This document shows positions 18,913-26,614 of a stretch of 54,307 nt of DNA, piece by piece. Under the pieces are notes generated by a model. That model searched no databases. It was not told the DNA's origin and worked only from the letters and a program-made list of their open reading frames with translations. The position numbers and the translations under genes are program-made. The stretch lies in NCBI GenBank assembly GCA_964478535.1, contig CAYZNB010000001.1, positions 1-54,307 on the forward strand. Reading direction: 5' to 3'. Positions within the stretch are counted from its first letter, which is position 1. Each line of letters starts with the position of its first letter. This DNA comes from an uncultured Thermotogaceae bacterium (GTDB taxonomy: Bacteria > Thermotogota > Thermotogae > Petrotogales > Petrotogaceae).

Positions 18913-19993
18913 TAGATATGTTTTTGATTTTGCAATAAAAGAAGATAATGAACAAATTTTGAAAATTCTTGAAGAGAATGATTTTACTGGTAAAATTTCT
19001 ATATTGTATACTAGACGACCTGATGCTTATAGTTCTTTTATGGCAGAGGGAAAAGAAGTTTTATTTATCACTTGTAAAGATATAAAAAATCATAATGCAA
19101 TTGTGGGATTTGGAGCATGTTCTATTAATGAATGTTTTGTTAACGGCGAAAAACAAGAAGTAGGATATTTATTTGGATTGAGAAGTTCAAAAGAATATTT
19201 AAAAAAAATAAATTTTTTACATCATTCTTATGATTATTTAAAAGAAATACTTGAAAATAGGAATATAAAATATTTTTATACTACAATACTTGAAGAAAAT
19301 TATGCCGCAAGAAAATTGTTAGAAAAAGAAAGAAAATATATGCCAAAGTATGAATATGTTTGTGATTATATAGTTTATTCAGTTAAAACTAAGCAAAAAG
19401 TAAAACAAAATGAATATGATTTAATCAATTGTACGGATAAAGATATAAATGACATATTAATTTTTTATCATAAAAATGGGAAAAAGTTGAATTTCTTTCC
19501 CTTAATAGATGTAGAAATAATAAAAAAAATAGGGATAAATAATTTTTATTTTTTAAAAGATAAAGAAAAAAAAATATTGTGTTGTGGAGCAGTGTGGGAT
19601 CAAAAAAATTATAAACAACATATAATAAAAAATTATTCTAAAATTTTTAAATATGTACAATTTTTTTCATTTTTATTTCCATTATTTGGATATCCTTCAT
19701 TGCCAAAAATTGATAACATATTAAATTACTATACAATTTCATATTTTTGTGTTGAAAATAATGATCCGGATTTATTTCAATTATTTATTAAAGAAATTTC
19801 TAAAAAATATTCTGAATATTCCTTTTTTATAACGGGGTTATCTGATCAAAATTTTTTAAATAAATCATTTGAAAAAATACCAAAAATTAATTATAAAAGT
19901 AGAATTTATCTTGTTAATTGGGAGAAAAAAGAAAATATTAAAGAAACACTTGATAAAAATTATCCTATTTATCTTGAATGCGGTATGTTGTAA
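18887..19993 (+). CDS. hypothetical protein, last gene of GH3/radical-SAM operon (possible tandem GNAT-like fold; not established)
   Basis: 368 aa. The ATG at 18896 (MKILNDRY) is the more likely start. Overlaps the upstream gene and is followed directly by a strong terminator. Confidence 0.65.
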   Translation: MVWMKILNDRYVFDFAIKEDNEQILKILEENDFTGKISILYTRRPDAYSSFMAEGKEVLFITCKDIKNHNAIVGFGACSINECFVNGEKQEVGYLFGLRSSKEYLKKINFLHHSYDYLKEILENRNIKYFYTTILEENYAARKLLEKERKYMPKYEYVCDYIVYSVKTKQKVKQNEYDLINCTDKDINDILIFYHKNGKKLNFFPLIDVEIIKKIGINNFYFLKDKEKKILCCGAVWDQKNYKQHIIKNYSKIFKYVQFFSFLFPLFGYPSLPKIDNILNYYTISYFCVENNDPDLFQLFIKEISKKYSEYSFFITGLSDQNFLNKSFEKIPKINYKSRIYLVNWEKKENIKETLDKNYPIYLECGML

Positions 19994-20025
19994 AAAAAGA
20001 GAAGTCATTCGACTTCTCTTTTTTA
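19992..20025. terminator. bidirectional rho-independent terminator
   Basis: AGAGAAGTC-ATTC-GACTTCTCT 9-bp stem flanked by an A run and a T run, between the convergent operon end and rplT. Confidence 0.8.
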
Positions 20026-20385
20026 TTAATTAACTTTTAAAGCATTTTTTGCAATTTCAATATATTCTTTAAATGAAGCTATATCATAAATAGCCATTTC
20101 AGATAACATTTTTCTATTTACGTTTACATTTGCAAGTTTTAATCCATGTATTAAATCACCATATCTTAACCCTTCAGCTCTTGCTGCCGCATTAATTCTT
20201 GTGATCCACAATCTTCTGAAATCACCTTTTTTCTTTTTTCTTCCAGCAAATGCGTAAGCACCCGATCTAAAAAATTGTTGTTTAGCAAGTACTAATCTTC
20301 TTTTTAATGCTCCTCTATAACCTTTAGCATGTTTAAGAAATTTTTTCTTTTTCTTTTTCGCAGAAACAGCTCTTTTTATTCTCAT
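20026..20385 (-). CDS. rplT: 50S ribosomal protein L20
   Basis: 119 aa, basic, with typical L20 sequence ('RRLWITRINAAAR'). Confidence 0.95.
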   Translation of the reverse strand: MRIKRAVSAKKKKKKFLKHAKGYRGALKRRLVLAKQQFFRSGAYAFAGRKKKKGDFRRLWITRINAAARAEGLRYGDLIHGLKLANVNVNRKMLSEMAIYDIASFKEYIEIAKNALKVN

Positions 20386-20423
20386 TTCTTTTATCTCCTT
20401 TTCAATGTAAATTTATTGTTTTA

Positions 20424-20627
20424 TTATCTTAATCCGAGTGTTCTTTCAATTTTATGTGAAGTAGCAGAATTAACTTCAACTTCACTCATTAATCTTCTCA
20501 TGTGCGAATTTGATTTTTTCCCTGTATTATGCCCTGTTCCAGATTTTCTTCTCATTATTTTACCTGTTCCAGTAACTTTAAATCTTTTTTTTGAACTTCT
20601 TTTCGGTTTAGTTTTTAACTTTGGCAT
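20424..20627 (-). CDS. rpmI: 50S ribosomal protein L35
   Basis: 67 aa, 'MPKLKTKPKRSSKKRFKVTGTGK...', the canonical L35 N-terminus. Confidence 0.95.
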   Translation of the reverse strand: MPKLKTKPKRSSKKRFKVTGTGKIMRRKSGTGHNTGKKSNSHMRRLMSEVEVNSATSHKIERTLGLR

Positions 20628-20657
20628 ATTGTTTTACTCCTCCTTAATGAAATTATA

Positions 20658-21188
20658 TTATTCTTCTTCAATTTTAGTAATAGGATCAAGAAAAACATCC
20701 ATATCTCTTCCAGCCATTTTTATAGCTCTTCCAACTTTAGCAATGTCAGAAGTATCTTCTATGACTTTTAATAATAATTCTTTTCCTTTGTCTTTAAACA
20801 TAATATCTCTACCTAAAAACATTATCACAGCTCTAACTTTTTGGCCATCAATAAGAAAATCTCTAATTTTACGAACTTTTGTTTCAAAATCGTGTTCATC
20901 TATTCTAAGTCTGAATTTCATTTCTTTCAACGATTGTTTTTTTTGCTTTTTCTTCGCATCTTTTTCTTTTTTCTCTTTCTCGTACACCATTTTTCCATAA
21001 TCTACCAATTTAGCAACAGGCGGTCTTCCATTAGGGGCAACTAATAATAAGTCAAGCCCAGATTCTTTAGCTTTTTGTAAAGCTTCCTTTGTAGGAATAA
21101 CTCCTAATTTTTCTCCCGCATCATCAATTAGTAAAATTCTTGGAACTTTGATCATTTCATTCTTAATTACTTTGTTTTTATCACTTAT
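20658..21188 (-). CDS. infC: translation initiation factor IF-3, probable non-canonical start
   Basis: IF-3 N- and C-domain sequence and infC-rpmI-rplT order. The frame is open upstream of the ATG at 21155 back to a TGA at 21197-21195. An in-frame ATA at 21188 lies 10 nt after GGAGG and an ATT lies at 21167. The two ATGs directly after the SD are out of frame. Confidence 0.75.
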   Translation of the reverse strand: MSDKNKVIKNEMIKVPRILLIDDAGEKLGVIPTKEALQKAKESGLDLLLVAPNGRPPVAKLVDYGKMVYEKEKKEKDAKKKQKKQSLKEMKFRLRIDEHDFETKVRKIRDFLIDGQKVRAVIMFLGRDIMFKDKGKELLLKVIEDTSDIAKVGRAIKMAGRDMDVFLDPITKIEEE

Positions 21189-21216
21189 AAGACATCATCC
21201 TCCTTTTTTTTAAAGT

Positions 21217-21247
21217 AAAAAGGGTGGAATATAATCCACCCTTTTTT
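21217..21247 (-). terminator. hairpin plus T-run immediately upstream of the infC SD (tRNA-Lys terminator and/or infC attenuator)
   Basis: On the minus strand: GGGTGGA-TTATAT-TCCACCC followed by TTTTT, then AAGGAGG. Confidence 0.6.
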
Positions 21248-21343
21248 ATAAAAAAATTAATATAGTATTATTATTTTAAACCCCTGTCGACTATTTGTCC
21301 GAGGTGGAAAACCGGGTGGCTTTCACTTTCAAATATTAAATTT

Positions 21344-21419
21344 TGGTGGGCCATGCAGGATTCGAACCTGCGACCTACTGATTAAGAGTCAGCCGCTCTA
21401 CCAGCTGAGCTAATAGCCC
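21344..21419 (-). tRNA. tRNA-Lys (anticodon CUU), CCA encoded
   Basis: Cloverleaf built by hand: acceptor GGGCTAT/ATGGCCC, D arm GCTC..GAGC, anticodon loop CTCTTAA, T arm GCAGG-TTCGAAT-CCTGC, 3' ACCA. Confidence 0.85.
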
Positions 21420-21485
21420 CGAAAACACTTAACCATTATACAACACAATCTGTCTTTTGTCAAGAAAAACATTATTAACAAATGA

Positions 21486-21713
21486 TTAAGTTGTAGCGGG
21501 CTCTTTTGATTTTGATTCTTTTTTTGAAGAAGTATTTTTTGAATCGTTTATATAATACCCCGATCCTTTAAAAGAAATACCAACGTTTCTAAGAACTCTT
21601 TTGGCTTTTTTCTTGCAATTTTCGCACTCAAATGTATCTACGGCTTGTGAAATAGGGAGTAGTTTTGTAAATTCGTGACCGCAGTTGTCGCATTCAAATC
21701 TGTATATAGGCAT
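21486..21713 (-). CDS. FmdB-family zinc-ribbon protein
   Basis: 75 aa, 'MPIYRFECDNCGHEF...FECENCKK', two CxxC pairs typical of the FmdB/CxxC_CxxC_SSSS family. Confidence 0.8.
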   Translation of the reverse strand: MPIYRFECDNCGHEFTKLLPISQAVDTFECENCKKKAKRVLRNVGISFKGSGYYINDSKNTSSKKESKSKEPATT

Positions 21714-21785
21714 TTTATTTTCACTCCTTTCACAAGGTATTTTAACATTATTTTTTTTAATTTTTGTTAATAAAAAGTTGAGATT

Positions 21786-22634
21786 TTATACACGAATTCT
21801 GCGTTCCATTTCCCATTGACTTAAAAATTCTTCGTACCCAATACTTTTTGCGGCTTTATTTAGAGGGTCGTCTTCAGGAACACCTACTATGATTACATTA
21901 CTTTTTGAAAGTGCTATTCTTTCAGTAACTTCTGTTAATATTTCCTTAAATTTAGTATTATCTGCGATCGGCGCGGCATCCAAAATAAATCCATTATGCT
22001 CATTTGATCCCCAAACAGCATAACCAACCGTAAAACCTCCTGAAAGAATTCTCTCAATCGTATATCTATCTTCACTTAAAAGGAGAGTGGAAGGTTCTCT
22101 TTGCCAATTAAGATTTCTTTTTAAGTTCATTTTTGCGGTAAAAGCGATATCATGAACCCAACGACAATCTTCTTGAACAAATTTAAGTCGATTTTCTTCT
22201 GGGTTAGGCCACGTGACTTTCAAAGATTCAAGTTTTCTTTTAAGTTTGAAACCATGTTTTTCATAAAATCTTATTGCTCTTTTTTCACCTTCTGCAACTT
22301 CTAAAACAATTTTTTCTATCCCTTTCCATTTTAAAGATTCTAAACATCTAAAAAGTATTTCGGAAGCTAATCCTGTGCCCCTTAATTCTTTAATAACACC
22401 AAAAGAATCAATTCTTGCTTTCTTTTCTCTCAAAGAAACTAAACAAAAACCTACTGGAGAACCATTTTGATAAACTAAAAAACTTTCATTTTCTGAAATA
22501 GAGTTTTCTCTGACATCAAGCTCAAATTCTTGAATGGTCCAATTTACAGGCACTACGTAATCTAAAAAAATTTCATTTACAAGATTTAGAAGGGTAACAA
22601 CAGAATCTTGGGATAATTTTTTATATTCTATCAT
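21786..22634 (-). CDS. GNAT-family N-acetyltransferase
   Basis: GNAT motif A region 'VIKELRGTGLASEILFRCLE...RAIRFYEKHGF'. The start is set to the ATG at 22634 (MIEYKK) behind GGGGAGGTGGG. The longer ORF-track version would run into tRNA-Leu. Confidence 0.8.
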   Translation of the reverse strand: MIEYKKLSQDSVVTLLNLVNEIFLDYVVPVNWTIQEFELDVRENSISENESFLVYQNGSPVGFCLVSLREKKARIDSFGVIKELRGTGLASEILFRCLESLKWKGIEKIVLEVAEGEKRAIRFYEKHGFKLKRKLESLKVTWPNPEENRLKFVQEDCRWVHDIAFTAKMNLKRNLNWQREPSTLLLSEDRYTIERILSGGFTVGYAVWGSNEHNGFILDAAPIADNTKFKEILTEVTERIALSKSNVIIVGVPEDDPLNKAAKSIGYEEFLSQWEMERRIRV

Positions 22635-22687
22635 TTTTCCCACCTCCCCACTACAATTATACAATAAAATTATTAAAATTAAACAAA

Positions 22688-22719
22688 AAAAAAGAATCGG
22701 AATAATCCAATTCTTTTTT
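22688..22719 (-). terminator. rho-independent terminator after tRNA-Leu
   Basis: On the minus strand: AGAATTGG-ATTATT-CCGATTCT hairpin followed by a T run. Confidence 0.6.
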
Positions 22720-22807
22720 TGGTGCCGGGGGCGGGACTTGAACCCGCACGAGAGCAATTCTCATATGGCCCTCAACCATACGTGTCTACCAGTTCCACCA
22801 CCCCGGC
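22720..22807 (-). tRNA. tRNA-Leu (anticodon GAG), long variable arm, CCA encoded
   Basis: Acceptor GCCGGGG/CCCCGGC, anticodon stem TATGG/CCATA with loop TTGAGGG, variable arm GAGAATTGCTCTC, T arm GCGGG-TTCAAGT-CCCGC. Confidence 0.85.
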
Positions 22808-22906
22808 AATCATATTAACAAAAGCTATTATATAACATAATAGTGAATTTGTCAATATGATAAATATTAAAAAAAAGTTGCTTTTTTATTTTTATCTTCT
22901 AATTAA

Positions 22907-24145
22907 TTATTTGATAACAGAATGAGAAAATAATACATAAAAAATATTGCCAGTTTGAGAACTTTCTGCCCATATTTTCCCTTTGTGTGCCATAACAATA
23001 TTATGAGCAATTGATAAACCCAAACCAAATCCGCCATGATTTTCTCGCGATTTATCAACTCTATAAAATCTTCTAAAAATATTTTTAAGCTCATTTTCTA
23101 AAATTGGAACTCCTTCGTTTGATACAGAAAGAAGAATTGACTTTTTTGATAAAAGACTTAACTTTATCTGAATATGTTGATTTTTTTTCGTATATTTGTT
23201 TGCATTATCAAGTAGTATATCTATTAATTGACGTAATTTTTCAGGATCTCCATTCATCATAATATTTTCTTTAATTTGATAATCAAGATATTTTTCATCG
23301 TCATAAAAGGATGATTCAAATAAAAGTATACTATTTAATGTTATATCACTTATACAAATATTTGTAAAATTATTTGACTGTTTTAAAAAATCAGATCTGG
23401 CTAACAAAAGCATATTTTCAATTAGTTTTTTCATTCGAATACTTTCAAATTTTATATTGTCGAATCTTTGAATATTTTTTTTATCAAGATAAGGTATATT
23501 TGAAATCAACATATCTGTATTTGAAATTACAACAGTTAACGGTGTTTTTAATTCATGTGAAGCATCTGCAATAAACTGTTTTTGGTTTTCCCAAGCCTCT
23601 TCAACTGGTTTAATTGCCCATTTAGAAAGAAATAAACTTAACATGAAAAATGCTACGAGCGATCCTGCTCCTATAAAAAAAGAGTTTCTTAACAAGTTAC
23701 GAATAATTCTTGTTTCAACAGAAGTATCGGCAAAAGATATAAGAATGAAATTTTCATTATGATGTTTTAAGAATCTTAATTCATACTCCTTTATTTTCCC
23801 AGATACGTTTTTATTATTAATTGCTAAGTTAATTGCTTTATTAATTTCTGAATCACTTATATAATGAATTTGATTTAATATAATACGACTAGTACCTTCT
23901 TTGATAGTTTCTGCTAATATAATTGGTATTCTAGAATTTGGATAAGGTTTATCGTATGGTTGGTGTGGAATTACAGGAGTGTTAAACATATTTTTATTTT
24001 TAAAAGCATCCTCTAGAACAATTCTACCATTTCTTTCAATATTTTTATGAGTAGAAATAAATATAGTAAAAAAGATTACTAGTAAGATTATTGAAACAAC
24101 GCTCATCATCATAATTATTAATTTTAATCTCAATTTTTTAATCAT
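22907..24145 (-). CDS. two-component sensor histidine kinase
   Basis: Two TM segments around a ~130-aa extracytoplasmic loop, H-box 'ADASHELKTPL', N box 'LLDNANKY', G box 'GGFGLGLSI'. Confidence 0.9.
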   Translation of the reverse strand: MIKKLRLKLIIMMMSVVSIILLVIFFTIFISTHKNIERNGRIVLEDAFKNKNMFNTPVIPHQPYDKPYPNSRIPIILAETIKEGTSRIILNQIHYISDSEINKAINLAINNKNVSGKIKEYELRFLKHHNENFILISFADTSVETRIIRNLLRNSFFIGAGSLVAFFMLSLFLSKWAIKPVEEAWENQKQFIADASHELKTPLTVVISNTDMLISNIPYLDKKNIQRFDNIKFESIRMKKLIENMLLLARSDFLKQSNNFTNICISDITLNSILLFESSFYDDEKYLDYQIKENIMMNGDPEKLRQLIDILLDNANKYTKKNQHIQIKLSLLSKKSILLSVSNEGVPILENELKNIFRRFYRVDKSRENHGGFGLGLSIAHNIVMAHKGKIWAESSQTGNIFYVLFSHSVIK

Positions 24146-24815
24146 TTTCTACCTCCAAACGATATCCTATAAACCTTACCGCATTAATTTTAACTTTAGA
24201 TTTTAAATGAAGGAGTTTTTTTCTTAAAAATGACATATAAACTTCAACAACATTTCCCTCTGCTTCACTATCGTAACCCCAAACTTTTAATTGTAAAGTC
24301 TCTTTTGAAGTGAGTCTAGAATTGTTTTCAATTAAAAGCCTTAATAGTTCCAGTTCTTTTGCTCTAAGCCTTACAGAACGAGAGTCACAAAAAAGTTCTG
24401 CAGAAGATACATTTAATAAGATATCTCCGAAAGATAATTCTTGTGGTTGAATAGGTCCTTTTCGTCGCAATATAACTCTCAAACAAGCAATTAGTTCTTC
24501 GGTTTCAAAAGGTTTTGTAAGATAATAATCAGAACCTAAATTTAAACCTTTAATACGATCTTCTAGTTCTGATTTTGCAGTTAACATCAATATAGGAGTA
24601 TTCTTGCCATTATTTCTTAGTAATTTTAGAAGATCATAACCATTAATTTTTGGTAACATAACATCAAGAATAATGGCATCGTATATATCGCTCATAGCAT
24701 TATTTAATCCATCTTCTCCATCATAAGAAATATCTACAATATAGTTGTTAATTGTTAATAAATCTGCAATTGTTTGAGCTAGTCTTTTTTCATCTTCTAC
24801 AATTAAAATTCTCAA
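24138..24815 (-). CDS. OmpR-family response regulator
   Basis: Receiver 'ILIVEDE...DVMLPKINGYD...LTAK' plus winged-helix 'VEVYMSFLRKKL'. Overlaps the kinase gene by 8 nt. Confidence 0.9.
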   Translation of the reverse strand: MRILIVEDEKRLAQTIADLLTINNYIVDISYDGEDGLNNAMSDIYDAIILDVMLPKINGYDLLKLLRNNGKNTPILMLTAKSELEDRIKGLNLGSDYYLTKPFETEELIACLRVILRRKGPIQPQELSFGDILLNVSSAELFCDSRSVRLRAKELELLRLLIENNSRLTSKETLQLKVWGYDSEAEGNVVEVYMSFLRKKLLHLKSKVKINAVRFIGYRLEVEND

Positions 24816-25225
24816 TAATTATCACTTCCCAAATCAAAATAAAGTTTAAAACTAATAAATAATTTTTTATCTAAATATTATAATTGTTAAGCATTAAATG
24901 AAAGTTAAAACAAATAATAAAAAAGACTTAGAATTAAATCGCTTCTTGATGAAGTGTAGAAGTTTTAAATGTAGTTTAAAAGCCGCACTGAACTTTGCGC
25001 GGCATTACAGCATTTTTGACAACGTAAATATTTTTATAGAGAATTTGTGGAAAATCATAAATTTGTTTTTAATATTATTTTCCTGACCAACTGACTATAA
25101 AGTATTATAAGTCGCACTATTATTTTTCATAGAACCAAAAAATTTTGCAGTTAAGCTTCGTTTAATTCCAAAGATTTATTATTCATTTATTAATATGATT
25201 ATTTTAAATTTAAAGGGGGAAAATT

Positions 25226-25921
25226 ATGCAGTGTTTAAAAGTAAAAAAATTTAGACATGAAATTAAGCATTATATTAATTTGTCTGATGCTATGGCGATA
25301 AAAAAAAGACTTTCATTAATAGCAGATTTAGATAAAAATGCAAAATCAGATGGGAAATACAAGGTTAGGAGTCTTTATTTTGATACGCTTGATGATAAAG
25401 TTTTAATGGAAAAAATCTCTGGAATAAATAATAGAGAAAAATTTAGAATCAGATATTATAATGAAGATTCAAAATTTATTAAGTTAGAAAAAAAAAGTAA
25501 AGTAAATGGATTTGTAAATAAAGTTTCAACTCAAATATCGAAAGAAGAAAGCGAAAAAATTCTTTTAGGAGATATTTCTTGGATGAAAAATACACAAAAT
25601 AATTTATTAATAGAATTTTATGCAAAAATGAAATATCAACAATTAAGACCAAAAACAATTGTTGATTATGTAAGAGAAGCCTTTGTATATAAATATGGTA
25701 ATGTGAGAATTACTATTGATAGTAATATTCAAACTGGTATTAATTCAAAAAAATTATTTTGTCATAACGTACCTGTTGTGCGTATTAATAAAGAAAACAT
25801 TATAATTTTTGAAGTGAAATATGATGAATACCTTCCAGAAGTTATTAAGGGATTAATTCAAGTAAATAGTACTTTTAAAACAGCATTTTCAAAATATATG
25901 GTAAGTAGAATATTTAATTAA
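25226..25921 (+). CDS. VTC-domain (polyphosphate-polymerase-like) protein
   Basis: 231 aa with 'RHEIKHYI...YKVRSLYFDT...REKFRIRYY...VRITIDSN...FEVKYD', the tunnel-fold VTC/CYTH-like pattern as I remember it. Confidence 0.65.
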   Translation: MQCLKVKKFRHEIKHYINLSDAMAIKKRLSLIADLDKNAKSDGKYKVRSLYFDTLDDKVLMEKISGINNREKFRIRYYNEDSKFIKLEKKSKVNGFVNKVSTQISKEESEKILLGDISWMKNTQNNLLIEFYAKMKYQQLRPKTIVDYVREAFVYKYGNVRITIDSNIQTGINSKKLFCHNVPVVRINKENIIIFEVKYDEYLPEVIKGLIQVNSTFKTAFSKYMVSRIFN

Positions 25922-25942
25922 AAAATCAAAGGAGAAAAAAAC

Positions 25943-26614
25943 ATGACATTTAACGATATCTTTAAATCTAGTTTTTTAGAAAGAGTAGCTAGTTTTTCTG
26001 TGTTAGATACAATTATAGCACTGTTATTAGCTTTTATATTAGGTCTTTTTATATTTTTTGTATACAAAAAAACTTTCAGTGGCGTTATTTATTCATCAAA
26101 CTTTGGGATTTCACTTATTTCTATGGCGATGATTACAGCTATGATTATTTTGGCTATAAGTTCAAATGTTATATTATCCCTTGGTATGGTAGGAGCTTTA
26201 TCAATTGTACGTTTTAGAACAGCCGTAAAAGATCCTATGGATATATCATATTTATTTTGGGCTATTTCCATTGGAATTGTTGTTGGAGCCGGAATGATTC
26301 CTTTAGCTGTATTTGGAACAGTTTTAATTGGGATTGTTTTAATGGTTTTTGCAAACAAAAAATCAATAAATACTCCTTATTTGATAATTATTAACTGTAA
26401 TAATGAAGAATCAGAGAAAAACGTTTTGAATATTATTTGCAAAAATGTAAAAAAGCAAATTCTTAAATCCAAAACGGTTTCTAAAGAAGGTATAGAAATA
26501 ACTTTTGAAATAAGATTAAATCAAACGACAACAGAATTTGTTAATCAAATTTTATTAATAAATGGAGTCAGTAATGCAATACTTGTTAGCTATAATGGAG
26601 AATATTCATCATGA
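25943..26614 (+). CDS. DUF4956-like membrane protein
   Basis: 223 aa with four hydrophobic helices and 'LSIVRFRTAVKDPMDISYLFWAI'. Sits in the position usual for the VTC/DUF4956/CotH trio. Confidence 0.6.
   Translation: MTFNDIFKSSFLERVASFSVLDTIIALLLAFILGLFIFFVYKKTFSGVIYSSNFGISLISMAMITAMIILAISSNVILSLGMVGALSIVRFRTAVKDPMDISYLFWAISIGIVVGAGMIPLAVFGTVLIGIVLMVFANKKSINTPYLIIINCNNEESEKNVLNIICKNVKKQILKSKTVSKEGIEITFEIRLNQTTTEFVNQILLINGVSNAILVSYNGEYSS

Noticed and set aside
20329-21000. 223-aa plus-strand ORF
   Set aside because: It lies entirely antisense to rplT, rpmI and infC, is low-complexity (F/L/S-rich) and has no SD. It is an artefact of AT-rich sequence opposite highly basic genes.
22635-22757. 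41-codon N-terminal extension of the GNAT gene in the ORF track
   Set aside because: It would overlap the tRNA-Leu gene and its terminator. A strong SD (GGGGAGGTGGG) precedes the internal ATG at 22634.
24898-25086. 62-aa ORF and a GCCGCAC...GCGCGGC hairpin (about 24972-24994) in the divergent TCS / VTC spacer
   Set aside because: The ORF lacks an SD and any motif. The hairpin has an internal mismatch and no T-run, and I cannot assign it to a riboswitch class. It is more likely part of the divergent promoter or operator region.
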